Positions 22,801 through 34,825 of a DNA stretch of 64,000 bases are shown piece after piece. This DNA comes from Azolla caroliniana (lineage: Eukaryota > Plantae > Polypodiophyta). Position numbers and translations under genes: made by a program. The stretch covers positions 10,726,001 to 10,790,000 of the forward strand of contig JBHGNT010000003.1 in the NCBI GenBank assembly GCA_043228905.1, in the 5' to 3' direction. The first letter of the stretch is position 1, and every line of letters starts with the position of its first letter. Below the pieces are notes generated by a model, which saw nothing but the letters and a program-made list of their open reading frames with translations, had not been told where the DNA came from and ran no database searches.

Positions 22801-25800
22801 ATCTGATGTAAGTGCCACCCCTTTGCCGCTGCTACGGCTAGTAGGACTCGCACAGTAGTCATCTTCGCGACAGCCGTGAAGGTCTCGTCATAGTCCACGT
22901 CGTGCTTCTACGCATAGCCTTTTGCTACTAAATAGGCCTTGTACCGGTTGATAGAGCCATCGGTGTTGTATTTCACCTTATACACCCATCTGCATCCGAT
23001 CAGCTTTACACCCTTTGGAGTGTCAACTAGGTCCCAGGTTTCATTCTCCGATAATGCACGCATCTCTTCCTCCATTGCAGCACACCAGTTCGCGTCTTTC
23101 GCCGCATCTGCGTAGCTCTCCGGCTCATGTACTTCCGCCACTCGCATCATGTACGCGGAATGGTGCGCCATGTACTCATTATACCCGTATCTCTTGACAG
23201 GGTTCTTCAGGTGGGTAGATCGGCGTAAATCGTGATTACCCGATTTCACGACCTTTTCGGCTACTATCGACGTCTTCCGTGGAGGTTCCTTTTCAGTTTG
23301 CCCCTAGTTAGACTCGCTTCGATCTGACTCGGCACTGCCGAAGTCATATTCCGGCATTTTCTTCTTGCCCTTCTCCTTGCACATAAACCATCTCCTCGGT
23401 TCTTTACGCGGGGACATCACGGCTAAGTCGCCACTACTCGCCGTCTCTTCACTAGGTTGCCCATTTCGGCCCAACCCCTCATTCGGCCCACTGAGCCGAA
23501 ATGATATCAGACTCTCTCTCAAAGCTCTGATTTCCTCATCATGTAGAGGCATCTCAGCCTCGCTGACTTCTTCCTCAGAATTCGGAATGGACTCTTAGGT
23601 ACCGTAGGTGAAGGTAAGTACCACAAAGCGGACTCGTCGAACACGACGTCGCAGCTTATGCATACTTCCGTTGTTCGAGGGTTATAACACATATACCCTT
23701 TCTACTCATCTGAATAGCCGACCAAGATACATTTCTTAGCTTTAGCATCCAGTTTCCTCCTTTTGTCCTTCAGCATGTGCACATACGAGATGCTGCCGAA
23801 AATCCTCAATTGTGCCAAGTTCGGCTTCTTCCCGAAATACAGCTCATGTAGCGGCACTCATTAGTAGAAGTCCGATTCTACAGGTAGACAGCCATCTTTA
23901 CGGCTTCAGCCCAATAGAATTTTGGTATATACTTCTCTTCAAGCATTGCCCTGGCCGCTTCTTCAATCGTCCAATGCTTCCACTCGGCCACGCCATTCTG
24001 CTGCGGCGTGTATCTACACGAGAATTCGCGTCGAATTCCCTCCTTTTATAGATAACTTGTGAACTGGTCGGAGAAGTACTCCTTCCCGCCATCGGACCGT
24101 AGCCATTTGGTCTTATGCCTTGTTTCCCTTTCCGCAAGGCTCTTCACCTTAAGGAAACATGTGAATACTTCTCTCTTCTTCACGATTGTGCATACCCACG
24201 TGTGCCGAGTGAAGTCGTCGATGAAGGTTACAAAGTAACGGCTTCCACTGAGACTCACATTCTATGCCGGACCCCACAGATCCAAATGGATCAAATCCAG
24301 CGGACTTCGACTACGATTACGCTCATTGGGGAATAGAATTCAATGTTGCTTTCCCATCTGACAAGCTTCACAAACTTGGCCATTACGGCCCCGAAATTTT
24401 GGCAATCCGAAATCAATGATCTTAGTCTGCATCTCACGAAGTCATGGGAAATTTACGTGGCCAAACCGCTTGTGCCACAAGTCGATATCCGATTAGACCT
24501 TGTGTCCTTTTGCGTACAATGTAGTGACGGCTTGATTAGTGTCGAGGATAAACATCCTCCCTTCATGGCGCCCTTGTGCGATCACTTTGCCTTCCTCTTC
24601 TATGAAGCAGCCGAGGTGCGTGAATCGAACTTGCATACCTTGGTCGACGATCTGTCCGACCGACACAAGGTTCTTGGTTATTGTCAGGACGTGCAATACG
24701 TTCATGAGTTTCCCTTTCTGCCCGACATGGCTGAGGGGAACTTCTCCACCATGTTCGATGGTATGCGGAGTACCGTCTCCCATTTTGACCACTCCTCGTG
24801 ACTCATCATATGATTTGACACTCCGGAATCAACATACCACACCTCACTCAATTTCAAGGTGTTCACGGCCATAGAATTGGCCTTATGCTTCATTACGAAG
24901 GTTGGGCCTGATTTGTTTTCGGCTCGTTCAGAGCCTCCTCCCTAATGTGACTTCTGACACCTTCCTGCGTCTCTTCTGCTCAATCCAGCTTTGGCAGAAT
25001 CGGCTTGTTTCTTCCAGCACTCGCTCTCCTTGTGGCCTTTCTTGCCATAGTACCAACATTTCAAAGCGGCCTTCTCTTGTCGTCTTCTAGCGCCGCCCTA
25101 ACTCCCCCTGCTTCCAGAGGGTTCGGAATTGCTTCCGACATCTCGATTATGCCCTCCATTCTTCTCTTTTCGGCTGCCTCCATTGCGCGCCGATTCGCCT
25201 CATTCACCACAACCACGGGGCCTATCATCCTCCGTGTAGAGCATCTTGCCATCAGTGTGCGCACTCATTGATGCACGCACGTGGTTTTCTTCTACAAGCA
25301 ACATTGACTGAAGCTCGAAAAACGAAGGCGTATTCTCCCTCGTGCAGATCGCCGTTCAGAAAGCTCCAAACTTAGACGCTAACCCAACAAGACAAACCTG
25401 CACCATCTCATCCTCCTCGACGTTCATGTTGATAGAGGCGAGTGAGTCGCAAATTTCTTTGATCTTGGTGGTGTAGTCAGCCACCGACATATCTCGTTAT
25501 CGTACATTGCTCAACTCTTGCCTGAGTTGAAGCTTCTTGGTTGTATTGCTTGCGGCGAGGAGCTTCTTGAGATTCGCCCATGCGTGCTTTGGCGTCTTCG
25601 CATCCTGAATATAGCTCAATAGTTGGTCGCTCACACAAGATGCAAAGCAATAGAGAATTCTGCTTGCCGCTTGTTCCCAAACCGAAAAATCTCTATGTGT
25701 CGAATCGGGTCCTACATCATTGGATCCTTCGACATAACTCTAGTAGTCGTGACCAAGCAATTACTGGTGCATCTTGTACGACCAAGATGTGTAGTTGCTC

Positions 25801-26331
25801 CTGTCGAGCTTTTCAATTGGTAGCGAGCTTCCCATACCTCTGTCCATATTGTTCAACTCTGTTTTGTCGCAAGATTTTCTTTTCGGCTGTAGAGGACTTC
25901 AACCCTCGCGCTCTGATACCATGTAAAAGAAGTGCGGAAGCATGTGCATAAACACAGAGTAGTTCAGTAAACACAGAAAACACAGAGAGGGAGAGGGAGA
26001 GGGAGAGGGAGAGGGAGAGACAAAGAAAGAGAGACACAATAGAGCAAATTCAAAACAATTCTCTGTTCTGTACATACTTCGTGCTCAGTGAGCACCTTAT
26101 ATACAAGCCCTGACAATCAGGCTGACACAAGTATTGATAGTAGTTGAATGCTCATAAATGAGCCGACTAAACAATTTCCCAAAATTATTCCTTTACGAGG
26201 AATAACGCTCTAACGGACTCTTCGGTTTTCACACCGATGTGGCCCTATTGTGCATACTTTTTCACACTACCAATCAATGCACTGGGTTACGCTGCGTAGT
26301 GCGCACCGAATGTTGAGCTTGTCTCTCAATA
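19897..26331 (-). mobile_element. Three-LTR tandem Ty1/copia (family A relative) with an internally deleted second unit
   Basis: LTRs 25922-26331, 20868-21265 and partial 19897-20036. Middle LTR flanked by PPT (21266) and PBS (20856-20867). Single TSD GTTAT at 19892-19896 and 26332-26336. Confidence 0.9.
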
Positions 26332-26900
26332 GTTATATGAAGACAAAAAAGCAGAGGAAAGGGCATCTAAAGCCGACATTGAGACAAAGGAGCTGACAAG
26401 TCGAGGGGCGTCAATGTCGTGGCAATGAGGGTGCTAAGAAGGGCCTGATGAGTAAACATGCCAACCAAAGGGGTCGAGGTGTGCGGAACTGGACGACTCA
26501 AGGGTTGACGGACCGAAGGGGTCGTGGGATGCAAGATCGGACCAGACGTGGAGCTTGTGCTAGGCGGGAGGAACCCAGAAGGAGTTGGTTGCAAGGACCA
26601 GCTACATCTAACACAACGGACTAACCTCAAGTTGAGGTTGAGGGGAAGTGTTGAGCGAGCAAGCTTAACATGGGTTGGACTAGTTGGGCAAGCCAGTAGG
26701 TCAGACCAGAGTCGATCCAGTTGGATAGGCTCAGTTTTCAGACCGGATGCCGGATTGGCTTAAGAAACCGGTGTTGAATATGAGGGACCGGTCACAACCG
26801 GATAGCAAGTCAAATGCAAATGACAAGAAGAGACCAACCAAAAACATACAATGACACAGATAATGAGCGAGCAAGATCAACATGGGTTGGACTAGTTGGG
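26332..26900 (+). mobile_element. 3' end, PPT and LTR start of an older host copia (other pieces at 13983-14055 and 19719-19896)
   Basis: PPT GTTGAGGGGAAG then TGTTGAG at 26649. The pieces rejoin across the AGGTG and GTTAT TSDs. Confidence 0.65.
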
Positions 26901-29900
26901 CAGCAGGAGAAGCGTCGACACCGCAACAGCAGAAGAGCTGATAAGGGCCGCATGAGCATACAAGCCGACTGGAAGGGTCGAAGCGCGCGGAGTCGAACAG
27001 GTCGAGGAGCGCGAGCGAGGCGTGAAGCCAGGAGGAACCGGAGTTGTGAGCCCGAGGATCCTGAAGAGCCTCAAGTTGAGCTTGAGGGGGATTGTTGAGA
27101 GACAAGCTCAACATCGGCCGGATCGGCTGAAGAAGCCGAGGACCGGATCGGTTGGGACCGATCGGTTAGGCCGAGTACGTAAACCGGGGGGTCGTTAGGA
27201 AAGATATTACGTGAGGAATATATTTGGGAGTTAGTGTAGGAGCTCTTGATGAGCATTGAAGTACTGTCAGTACTTCGGTCAGTCCTTCTAGGACTTGTAT
27301 AAAAGTGTTCACTTAGCACGTCTTATGTACAGACTGAGTATTATTGTTGAATATAGTTCTTGTGTTCTCTCTCACTCTCTCTGTCTCTCCCGCGTATACT
27401 GCGTAAGCTCAAGCTCTCCATTGAACCTGAGTTTCCTTCCTTCTGTTTCGTCTTCATACCTGCTTCCGCACGCTACTTTTTACATGGTATCAGAGCGCGA
27501 GGGTTGAGAACCTCTCTACAGCCGACACAGCTTGACGAAGAAGAACGAGAAGAACGATGGATAGAGGCATGACGAGCTCGCTTCCAATAGAGAAGCTCGA
27601 CAGAACCAACTAGTGCGTCTTGGTCCTACAAGATGCACCAGTACCTGCTCGAGCACGGCTACTGGAGTTATGTCGAAGGAGCTAATGACGCGGCACCTGA
27701 ATCGGCACACAGAGATTTCCCATCGTGGGAGCAATCGGCGAGCAGGGTATTGTACTGCTTCGCGTCGTGTGTGGGCGAACAGCTATTGAGCTATGTTCAG
27801 GATACAAAGACGCCAAAGGGTGCGTGGGAAAATCTGAAGAAGATTTTCTCCGCGAGCACCACAGCCAGGAAGCTTCAGCTCCGACAGGAGTTGAGCAACC
27901 TACGACAACGCGACTTGTCGATGGCGGACTATACCTAGAAGATCAAGGATATCTGTGACTCCCTCGCCTCCATAGAGGTGAACATCGAGGAGAGCGAGAT
28001 GGTCCAGATCTGTCTCGCAGGTTTGGCGTCGAAGTTCGGAGCGTTCCGAACGGCTGTGTGTACCCGGGAGAATACGCCGTCCTTTTTCGACTTACAATCG
28101 ATGCTCCTGGTAGAGGAGAACCACGCGGGTGCATCTACAAGCACGCACACCGACAGCAAAATACTGTACACGGAGGGAGAAAGGCCCTGTGGACGTGGAG
28201 GACGAGGCGAGTCGGGGCGCAATGGAGGCGGCCGACGAGATCAAGGAAGAAGGCACCGAAGTGATGCCGACAGCAACTCCGGACCCTTCGGAAACAGGGG
28301 GAGTCGAAGCGATGAGAACCGGCAAGGGAAGTCTATCGCGGAGTGCTGGTACTGTGGCAAGAAAGGCCACAGGGAAAGTGAGTGTTGGAAGAAGCGCGCC
28401 GATTCGGAGAGAACCGGTTCCGGAAACGGCTCCGGACATACCGACAAGGGAAATCGGCAGCGATCGCACTACGCCGAAGACTCCGGGAGAGCCGGAGAAG
28501 GGTCTGTCTTCGTGACGAGACACGAAGCAAACTCAATGAAACAGAGCACCCCGAGATCGGATGAGGTGTGGTACGTAGACTCCGGCGCGTCAAACCACAT
28601 GACGAGCCATAAGGAGTGGTTCTCGTACCTTGAAAAACCGATACAACCTGGAGTAGTCGCAACTGGAGACGACACTCCGCATCCGATCGCGAATGTCGGA
28701 GAAGTTCCCCTTAGCCATGTCGGGCAGAAAGGGAAACTCTTGAACGTGTTGCACGTCCCGACAATCACGAAAAACTTGGTCTCGGTCGGACAGATCGTCG
28801 ACCAAGGGATGGAGGTTCGGTTTACACACCTCGGGTTTTTCATTGAGGAAGAAGGCCATGTGATTGCGCAAGGGCGCAGAGACGGGAGGATGTTCATCCT
28901 CGACTCCACTGACAGCGGCACCGCAATGTTCGCGAAGGGACAAAAGACCGAGTAGGACATCGACTTGTGGCACAAGCGGATAGGCCACGTCAACCACCAA
29001 CGGCTTCAAGATCTGCAATCGAAACAGGTAGTATTCGGATTGCCCAAATTTAGTGGCCGAAAGGCACAAATTTGTGAAGCCTGCCAGCTCGGGAAGCAAC
29101 ACCGACTTCCTTTCCCAAAGGAGCAAATCCGGAGCCGGAATAAGCTCGACCTTATACACTCCGATGTATGGGGGCCGGCACAAAACGTTAGTCTTGGTAG
29201 GAGCCGATATTTCGTCTCCTTCATCGACGACCACACGCGGCACACGTGGATCTACCTCATTGAGAGGAAGAGCGAAGTCTTCGACTATTTCTGGGACCTC
29301 AAAGGGTTCGTGGAAACGGAAACGGGACGAAAGATCAAGTGCCTGCGGTCAGATGGCGGGAAAGAGTACTTTTCTGGTCAATTCAACGGTTATCTACAAC
29401 AAATGGGAATTCGGCGTGAATTCAGTTGTAGATACACGCCAGAGCAGAACAGTGTGGCCGAGAGGAAGAATCGGTCAGTTAGGGAAGCGGCACGGGCAAT
29501 GCTGGAGGAGAAGAGCTTGCCCAAGTTCTACTGCGCCGAGGCGGTAAGGACCGCGGTATACATCCAAAACCGGATCGGAGACAAAGTGTCGGCGCACGAG
29601 CTATATTTCGGAACGAAGCCGAACTTGCAACACTTGAGGGTGTTCGGTAGCATTGCGTATGTGCATGTACCGAAGGAGAAAAGGAGGAAGCTGGACGAGA
29701 AGTGCATCTTGGTCGGTTACTCGGACGAGCAGAAGGGTTATAAGTGCTATAACCCTCGCACCAAACAAGCGCGTGTCAGCCGCGACGCTGTGTTTGACGA
29801 GTCCGCGTCCTGGTACCTGCCCCCGACTCGGAACCCCGACTCCAATCCGAGCTCTGACGATGAGGTCAGCGAGGCCGAGATGCCTCCGGATGAGCCCGAA

Positions 29901-32543
29901 ATCGAGACCCGCAAAGAGAGTCTGATTTCACTCCGGTTAAGTGGACCGATTGGACAACTGAGTCGGTACGACCAGTCCGATGAAGAGTCAGCGAGTAGTG
30001 GAGACTTGGTCGTGCATTCCCCGCGCAAGAAGCCAAGGAGACGGCTTACGGATAGGAACGAGTCAGACCGACGCGAGTCCGACTCCGAGGGAACCGGTGA
30101 CGGGTCTTTAAAGGTGAAGACCGCGTCGACCGAGAAGGCCTCGACATCGGCTAATGTGAGATTACGCCGGTCTACCCGCCAGAAGAACCCTGTCTTGCGG
30201 TTCGGATACAACGAGTACATGGCGCATCATTATGCGTACATGACCCGTGTAGCGGAAGTGCGTGAGCCGGAGAGCTACGCAGAAGCGGCTAAAGACGCGA
30301 ATTGGCGCGCCGCGATGGAGGAAGAGATGCACGCATTAGCGGAGAACGAGACCTGGGACCTGGTTGACGCACCAACAGGGGTAAAACTGATCGGGTGTAG
30401 GTGGGTGTACAAGGTCAAGTACAACACCGATGGCTCGGTCAACCGGTACAAGGCTCGGCTAGTGGCAAAGGGCTACGCGCAGAAACACGGCATCGACTAC
30501 AATGAGACTTTTGCGCCGGTCACGAAAATGACGATCGTCCGTGTTTTGCTCGCAATAGCTGCGGCGAAGGGGTGGCACCTATATCAGATGGATGTAAAGA
30601 ATGTGTTCCTGCAAGGTGACCTTGAGGAACATGTGTACATGGTACAGCCTCCCGGATTTCACTCTGGAACAAACTCCTCGGCAGTATGCCGACTGAAGAA
30701 GTCCCTTTACGAACTGAAGCAAGCCCCGCATGCCTGGAACGCGAAGATCACGCAACAACTGCATCGGATGGGCTTCGTCACGTCAAAAGCGGACTCTTCC
30801 CTGTTCATCTGAAAAGGTCGACTCGAACCGGTTAGTATTTTACTATATGTTGATGACTGGGTCATCACCGGCGCCGACCTAGGTGAAATCGACCGCGTGA
30901 AGCTCCAGCTTGCGGCATCGTTCAACATGAAGGATCTGGGGGACCTTCATTACTTCCTCGGGATTGAAGTGATCCGTACCCCTGAAGGCATATTGATCAG
31001 CCAACGTCACTACGTGCTGAGTATGCTCTTCAAATTCGGGATGGCCGACTCTAAGTCCGTCTCGACTCCTCTGGACAAAACCGTCAAGCTTCGTCCCGAT
31101 ACAGGAAAGGAATGCGACCCGACGAGGTTCCGACAAATTGTCGGAAGCCTCATATACTTGAACATCACCCAACCCAACCACAGTTATCCGGTCGGGGTGA
31201 TCAGTCTGTTCATGGCGCGACCTACCGAGGAGCACCTTCAGTGTGCGCAACGTGTACTGCGGTACGTAAGCGGCACTAAGGACCGCGGACTGCTATATCG
31301 GACCGGTGCAGCCGCGCAGTTAGTCGGCTACACAGATGCTGATTGGGCTGGCAACGCCGCCGATCGCCGATCCACGTCTGGATACGCGTTCTCCCTCGGG
31401 AGTGCCGCGATCGCGTGGAGCAGTAAGAAGCAGCCGACAGTTGCACTGTCGAGCATCGAAGCTGACTACTGATGAGCGGTTGTCGCGACATGCGAAGCCA
31501 TATGGTTGAAGCGGCTACTTACGGACCTGCAAGAGGAGGTGTCAGATCCGACGACGATCTACTGTGACAACCTCAACAGCATCCACCTCGCGAAGAACCC
31601 CGTTTTCCACGCACGGACCAAGCACATTGAGGTGCATTACCATTTCTTCTGTGAGCGTGTCCTTTCCGGTGAAGTCAAACTTCAGTACGTTCCGACGGAT
31701 CAGTAGGTTGCCGACATCTTCACCAAGCCTCTTGGTTTGGACAAGTTGCGGCAATTCTCAGGTGCGCTCGGGTTGCGTCACCTTGACGTGCCGAACTTGA
31801 GGGGGAGAACAGTCCTGAACGACCAAGCAAGGCAGCAGGAAAGGAGCGGAGACCGCGACACCGAGTTTGTTGACTCGGTTGTCGAGTTCGACTTCGGATC
31901 GGCTGAAGAAGCCGAGGGCGAACCCGCGGAAAAGTTCGGCAGCGGACAGAAGGGGAGCAACCGAAGGAGAGAGCCGAAGCCAACCACGCATGGGGAAGAT
32001 GACGTCATCGAGGGCGAGAAGACCGAAGACGAGTTGGAGACAGCCAACTCGGACGAGAGCGAAAACCGATCGGAGGTAGCTGAGTCGGTCCGGATGTTTG
32101 ATTCAGATACGTTGAATCAACCGAGACCCAAGCGGAAGAAAAGGCAGCAGGAGAAGCGTCGACACCGCAACAGAAGAAGAGCTTATAAGGGCCGCATGAG
32201 CATACAAGCCGACCGGAAGGGTCGAAGCACGCGAAGTCGAACAGGTCGAGGAGCGCGAGCGAGCCGTGAAGCCAGGAGGAACCGGAGCTGTGAGCCCGAG
32301 GATCCTGAAGAGCCTCGAGTTGAGCTTGAGGGGGATTGTTGAGAGACAAGCTCATCATCGGCTGGATCGCCTGAAGAAGCCGAGGACCGGATCGGTTGGG
32401 ACCGATCGGTTAGGCCGAGTACGTAAACCGGGAGGTCGTTAGGAAAGATATTACGTGAGGAAAGATATTACTGCGTAAGCTCAAGCTCTCCATTGAACCT
32501 GAGTTTCCTTCCTTCTGTTCCGTCTCCATACCTGCTTCCGCAC
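26901..32543 (+). mobile_element. Near-complete Ty1/copia family A element with an extra 3'-internal segment ahead of the 5' LTR
   Basis: LTR 27093-27484, PBS 27485-27496. Gag/PR ORFs 27633-28955, INT-RT ORF 28965-30812, RT-RH 30897-32342. 3' LTR 32337-32543 is internally deleted and truncated. 26901-27092 repeats ~32145-32336. Confidence 0.92.
28965..30812 (+). CDS. Copia pol fragment (integrase plus N-terminal RT)
   Basis: WHKRIGH..CEAC zinc finger, HSDVWGP, LRSDGGKEY, EQNSVAER, RWVYKVK, QMDVKN. Bounded by premature stops. Confidence 0.9.
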   Translation: MWHKRIGHVNHQRLQDLQSKQVVFGLPKFSGRKAQICEACQLGKQHRLPFPKEQIRSRNKLDLIHSDVWGPAQNVSLGRSRYFVSFIDDHTRHTWIYLIERKSEVFDYFWDLKGFVETETGRKIKCLRSDGGKEYFSGQFNGYLQQMGIRREFSCRYTPEQNSVAERKNRSVREAARAMLEEKSLPKFYCAEAVRTAVYIQNRIGDKVSAHELYFGTKPNLQHLRVFGSIAYVHVPKEKRRKLDEKCILVGYSDEQKGYKCYNPRTKQARVSRDAVFDESASWYLPPTRNPDSNPSSDDEVSEAEMPPDEPEIETRKESLISLRLSGPIGQLSRYDQSDEESASSGDLVVHSPRKKPRRRLTDRNESDRRESDSEGTGDGSLKVKTASTEKASTSANVRLRRSTRQKNPVLRFGYNEYMAHHYAYMTRVAEVREPESYAEAAKDANWRAAMEEEMHALAENETWDLVDAPTGVKLIGCRWVYKVKYNTDGSVNRYKARLVAKGYAQKHGIDYNETFAPVTKMTIVRVLLAIAAAKGWHLYQMDVKNVFLQGDLEEHVYMVQPPGFHSGTNSSAVCRLKKSLYELKQAPHAWNAKITQQLHRMGFVTSKADSSLFI

Positions 32544-32553
32544 TGAGGGGAAG

Positions 32554-32980
32554 TGTTGAGCGAGCAAGCTCAACATGGGCTGGACAAGTTGGGCAAGCCA
32601 GTAGGTCAAACCAGAGTCGATCCAGTTGGATAGGCTCAGTTTTCAGACTGGATGCCGGATTGGCTTAAGAAACCGGTGTTGAATATGAGGGGTCGGCCAC
32701 AACCGGATAGCAAGTCAAATGCAAAAGACAAGAAGAGACCAACCAAAAACATACAATGACACAGATAATGAGCGAGCAAGATCAACATGGGTTGGACTAG
32801 TTGGGCAAGCCAATAGGTCAGACCGGAGTCGATCCAGTTGGCTAGGCTCAGTTTTCAAACCGGATGGTGGATTGGCTTAAAAAACCGGTCTTGAATATGA
32901 GAGACCGGCCACAACCGGATAGCAAGTCAAATGCAAAGACAAGAAGAGACCAACCAAAAACATACAATGACACAGATAAT
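32554..32980 (+). repeat. ~213-bp tandem duplication spanning a junction of two LTR families
   Basis: Unit TGAGCGAGCAAG...CACAGATAA repeated at ~32554-32768 and ~32769-32980, with another copy at ~26649-26862. Confidence 0.8.
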
Positions 32981-34816
32981 AAAACAGGATATTAACATGG
33001 AAAACCCTGAAAGGGAAAAACCACGGGAGTCCACAAACTCCAAAACAAATCACTATGGTAGGAGTAATACAACAAGAACCTTCAAGGCAATGACCTTGAG
33101 CCCTTCTTCATCCACAAACAGCTATAGAGTTACTCACACACACTGTTAATCTAGTTGCAGAGTCAACTACACACACTATAACAATTTTTACAACAATAAT
33201 GATCATAATCCACCTTCCTAACTACTTGCCCTAACTATATTTATACTCATATACACAATATGAGCTATTTACAAATATAGCCCACTAAGCGCACATTGAG
33301 GCTATTTACAATTATAGCCCCAAGTCCACTTCAACGAATTCGGCTATTAGCCGAATCGATTATTACCCGATTTTTGGCCTCGACCAAATTAGGAATCAAC
33401 ATTGTCAACCGATTTGGCTTACTCTTCTCTCTCACTCACATTCTCCTTCCCATCTGGAGGGACCTATTTCCTAACAAACTCCCCCTTCACTCCGGCATGG
33501 GGTGCTTCGTCAATCCAACTCAGTTTCTGCATGCATCCAACTTTTCTGTTGATAGCATGTTCGTGAGCATGTGAGATCCATTTTCTGCTGTGTGGATCTT
33601 CATCAGAGTAAAATCCTTCCCTTCTACCCTAATCCGGAGCCAATGGTATCTCCTTTGGATGTGCTTTGTCCTCGAGTGGTAGGCGGGATTCTTCGCAAGA
33701 TGGATGGCACTTTGGTTGTCGCAGTAGAGTCTGAATTCTTCTTGTTGAATCCCTAACTCTCCGATGAAATCCTTCATCCAAATAATTTCCTTGTCGGGTT
33801 CTACTACAGCCATGTACTCTACTTTTGTGATCGACAATGCCACGGGCTTTTGTAGCCTCGACTATCACGAGACGGCTCCCCCTGCATGAGTCGTTAGGAC
33901 ATGGACCGTCCGGTATCCTCATCAATTGACATTTCCGAATCAATGAAATCTTCCAATGTGGGGTTACCCGAGCCGAATTGGAGGCACACGCTCGAGGTGC
34001 CTCTCAGGTACCAAAGTATTTTGTGGTCGACAATGCCACGAGCTTCTGTAGCCTCGACTTTCACGAGACGGCTCCCCCTACATAAGTCGTTAGGACATGG
34101 ACCGGTTGGTATCCTCATCAATTGACATGTCCGAATCAATGAAATCTTCCAATGTGGGGTTACCCAAGCCAAATTGGAGGCACACACTCGAGGTGCCTCT
34201 CAGGTACCGAAGTATTCACTTCACTACATCCCAATGCTCTCTGCCCAAATTGCTCATGAATTGGCTGACGACTCCGACTACGTATCTGATATCTGGCCTG
34301 GTACAAACTATCGTGTACATCAAGCTTCTAATTGCTGAGGCATAGGGGACCTTCAACATCTCAACCTTCTCTGACTTTGTCTTCGGACATTGGCCTATGT
34401 TCAACTTGTAGTTTGTCGGCAGTGTCGAGCCGACCGGCTTCATGTCTTGCATGTTGAATCTCTGGAGCACATTTTTCACATATTTCTCCTGTGACAACCA
34501 CAACAACTTATTTGTCTGATCCTAAACAATGTTCATCCCCAGAATTTGCTTTGTTGGACCCATATACTTCATAACAAAAGATATGTTCAAAGCCTTTTTC
34601 AAGCTTTCGATTTTCTTCAGGTCTTGTCCAATAATTAGCATGTCATCAACATACAACAGGAGGATGAGAAAGTCTCCACCATCATATTTCTTGACAAAGG
34701 CCCAGTGATCGGCTTGTGTTTTGTTGAAACCATGATCCACAATGAAGGATTCAAATTTCTGGTACCATTGTCAAGGTTTGTTTTAGCCCATACAAGCTCT
34801 TTCTCAGTCCGCATAC
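32889..34816 (-). mobile_element. Ty1/copia family C (Tnt1-like) 3' fragment: RT, RNase H, PPT, 3' LTR
   Basis: LLLYVDDML, CTRPDI, YCDNQSAIHLAKNPAYHSRTKHI. PPT 33477-33486, LTR ~32889-33476. ~195-bp internal duplication around 33827-34217. Confidence 0.88.
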
Positions 34817-34825
34817 CCAAGCAGG

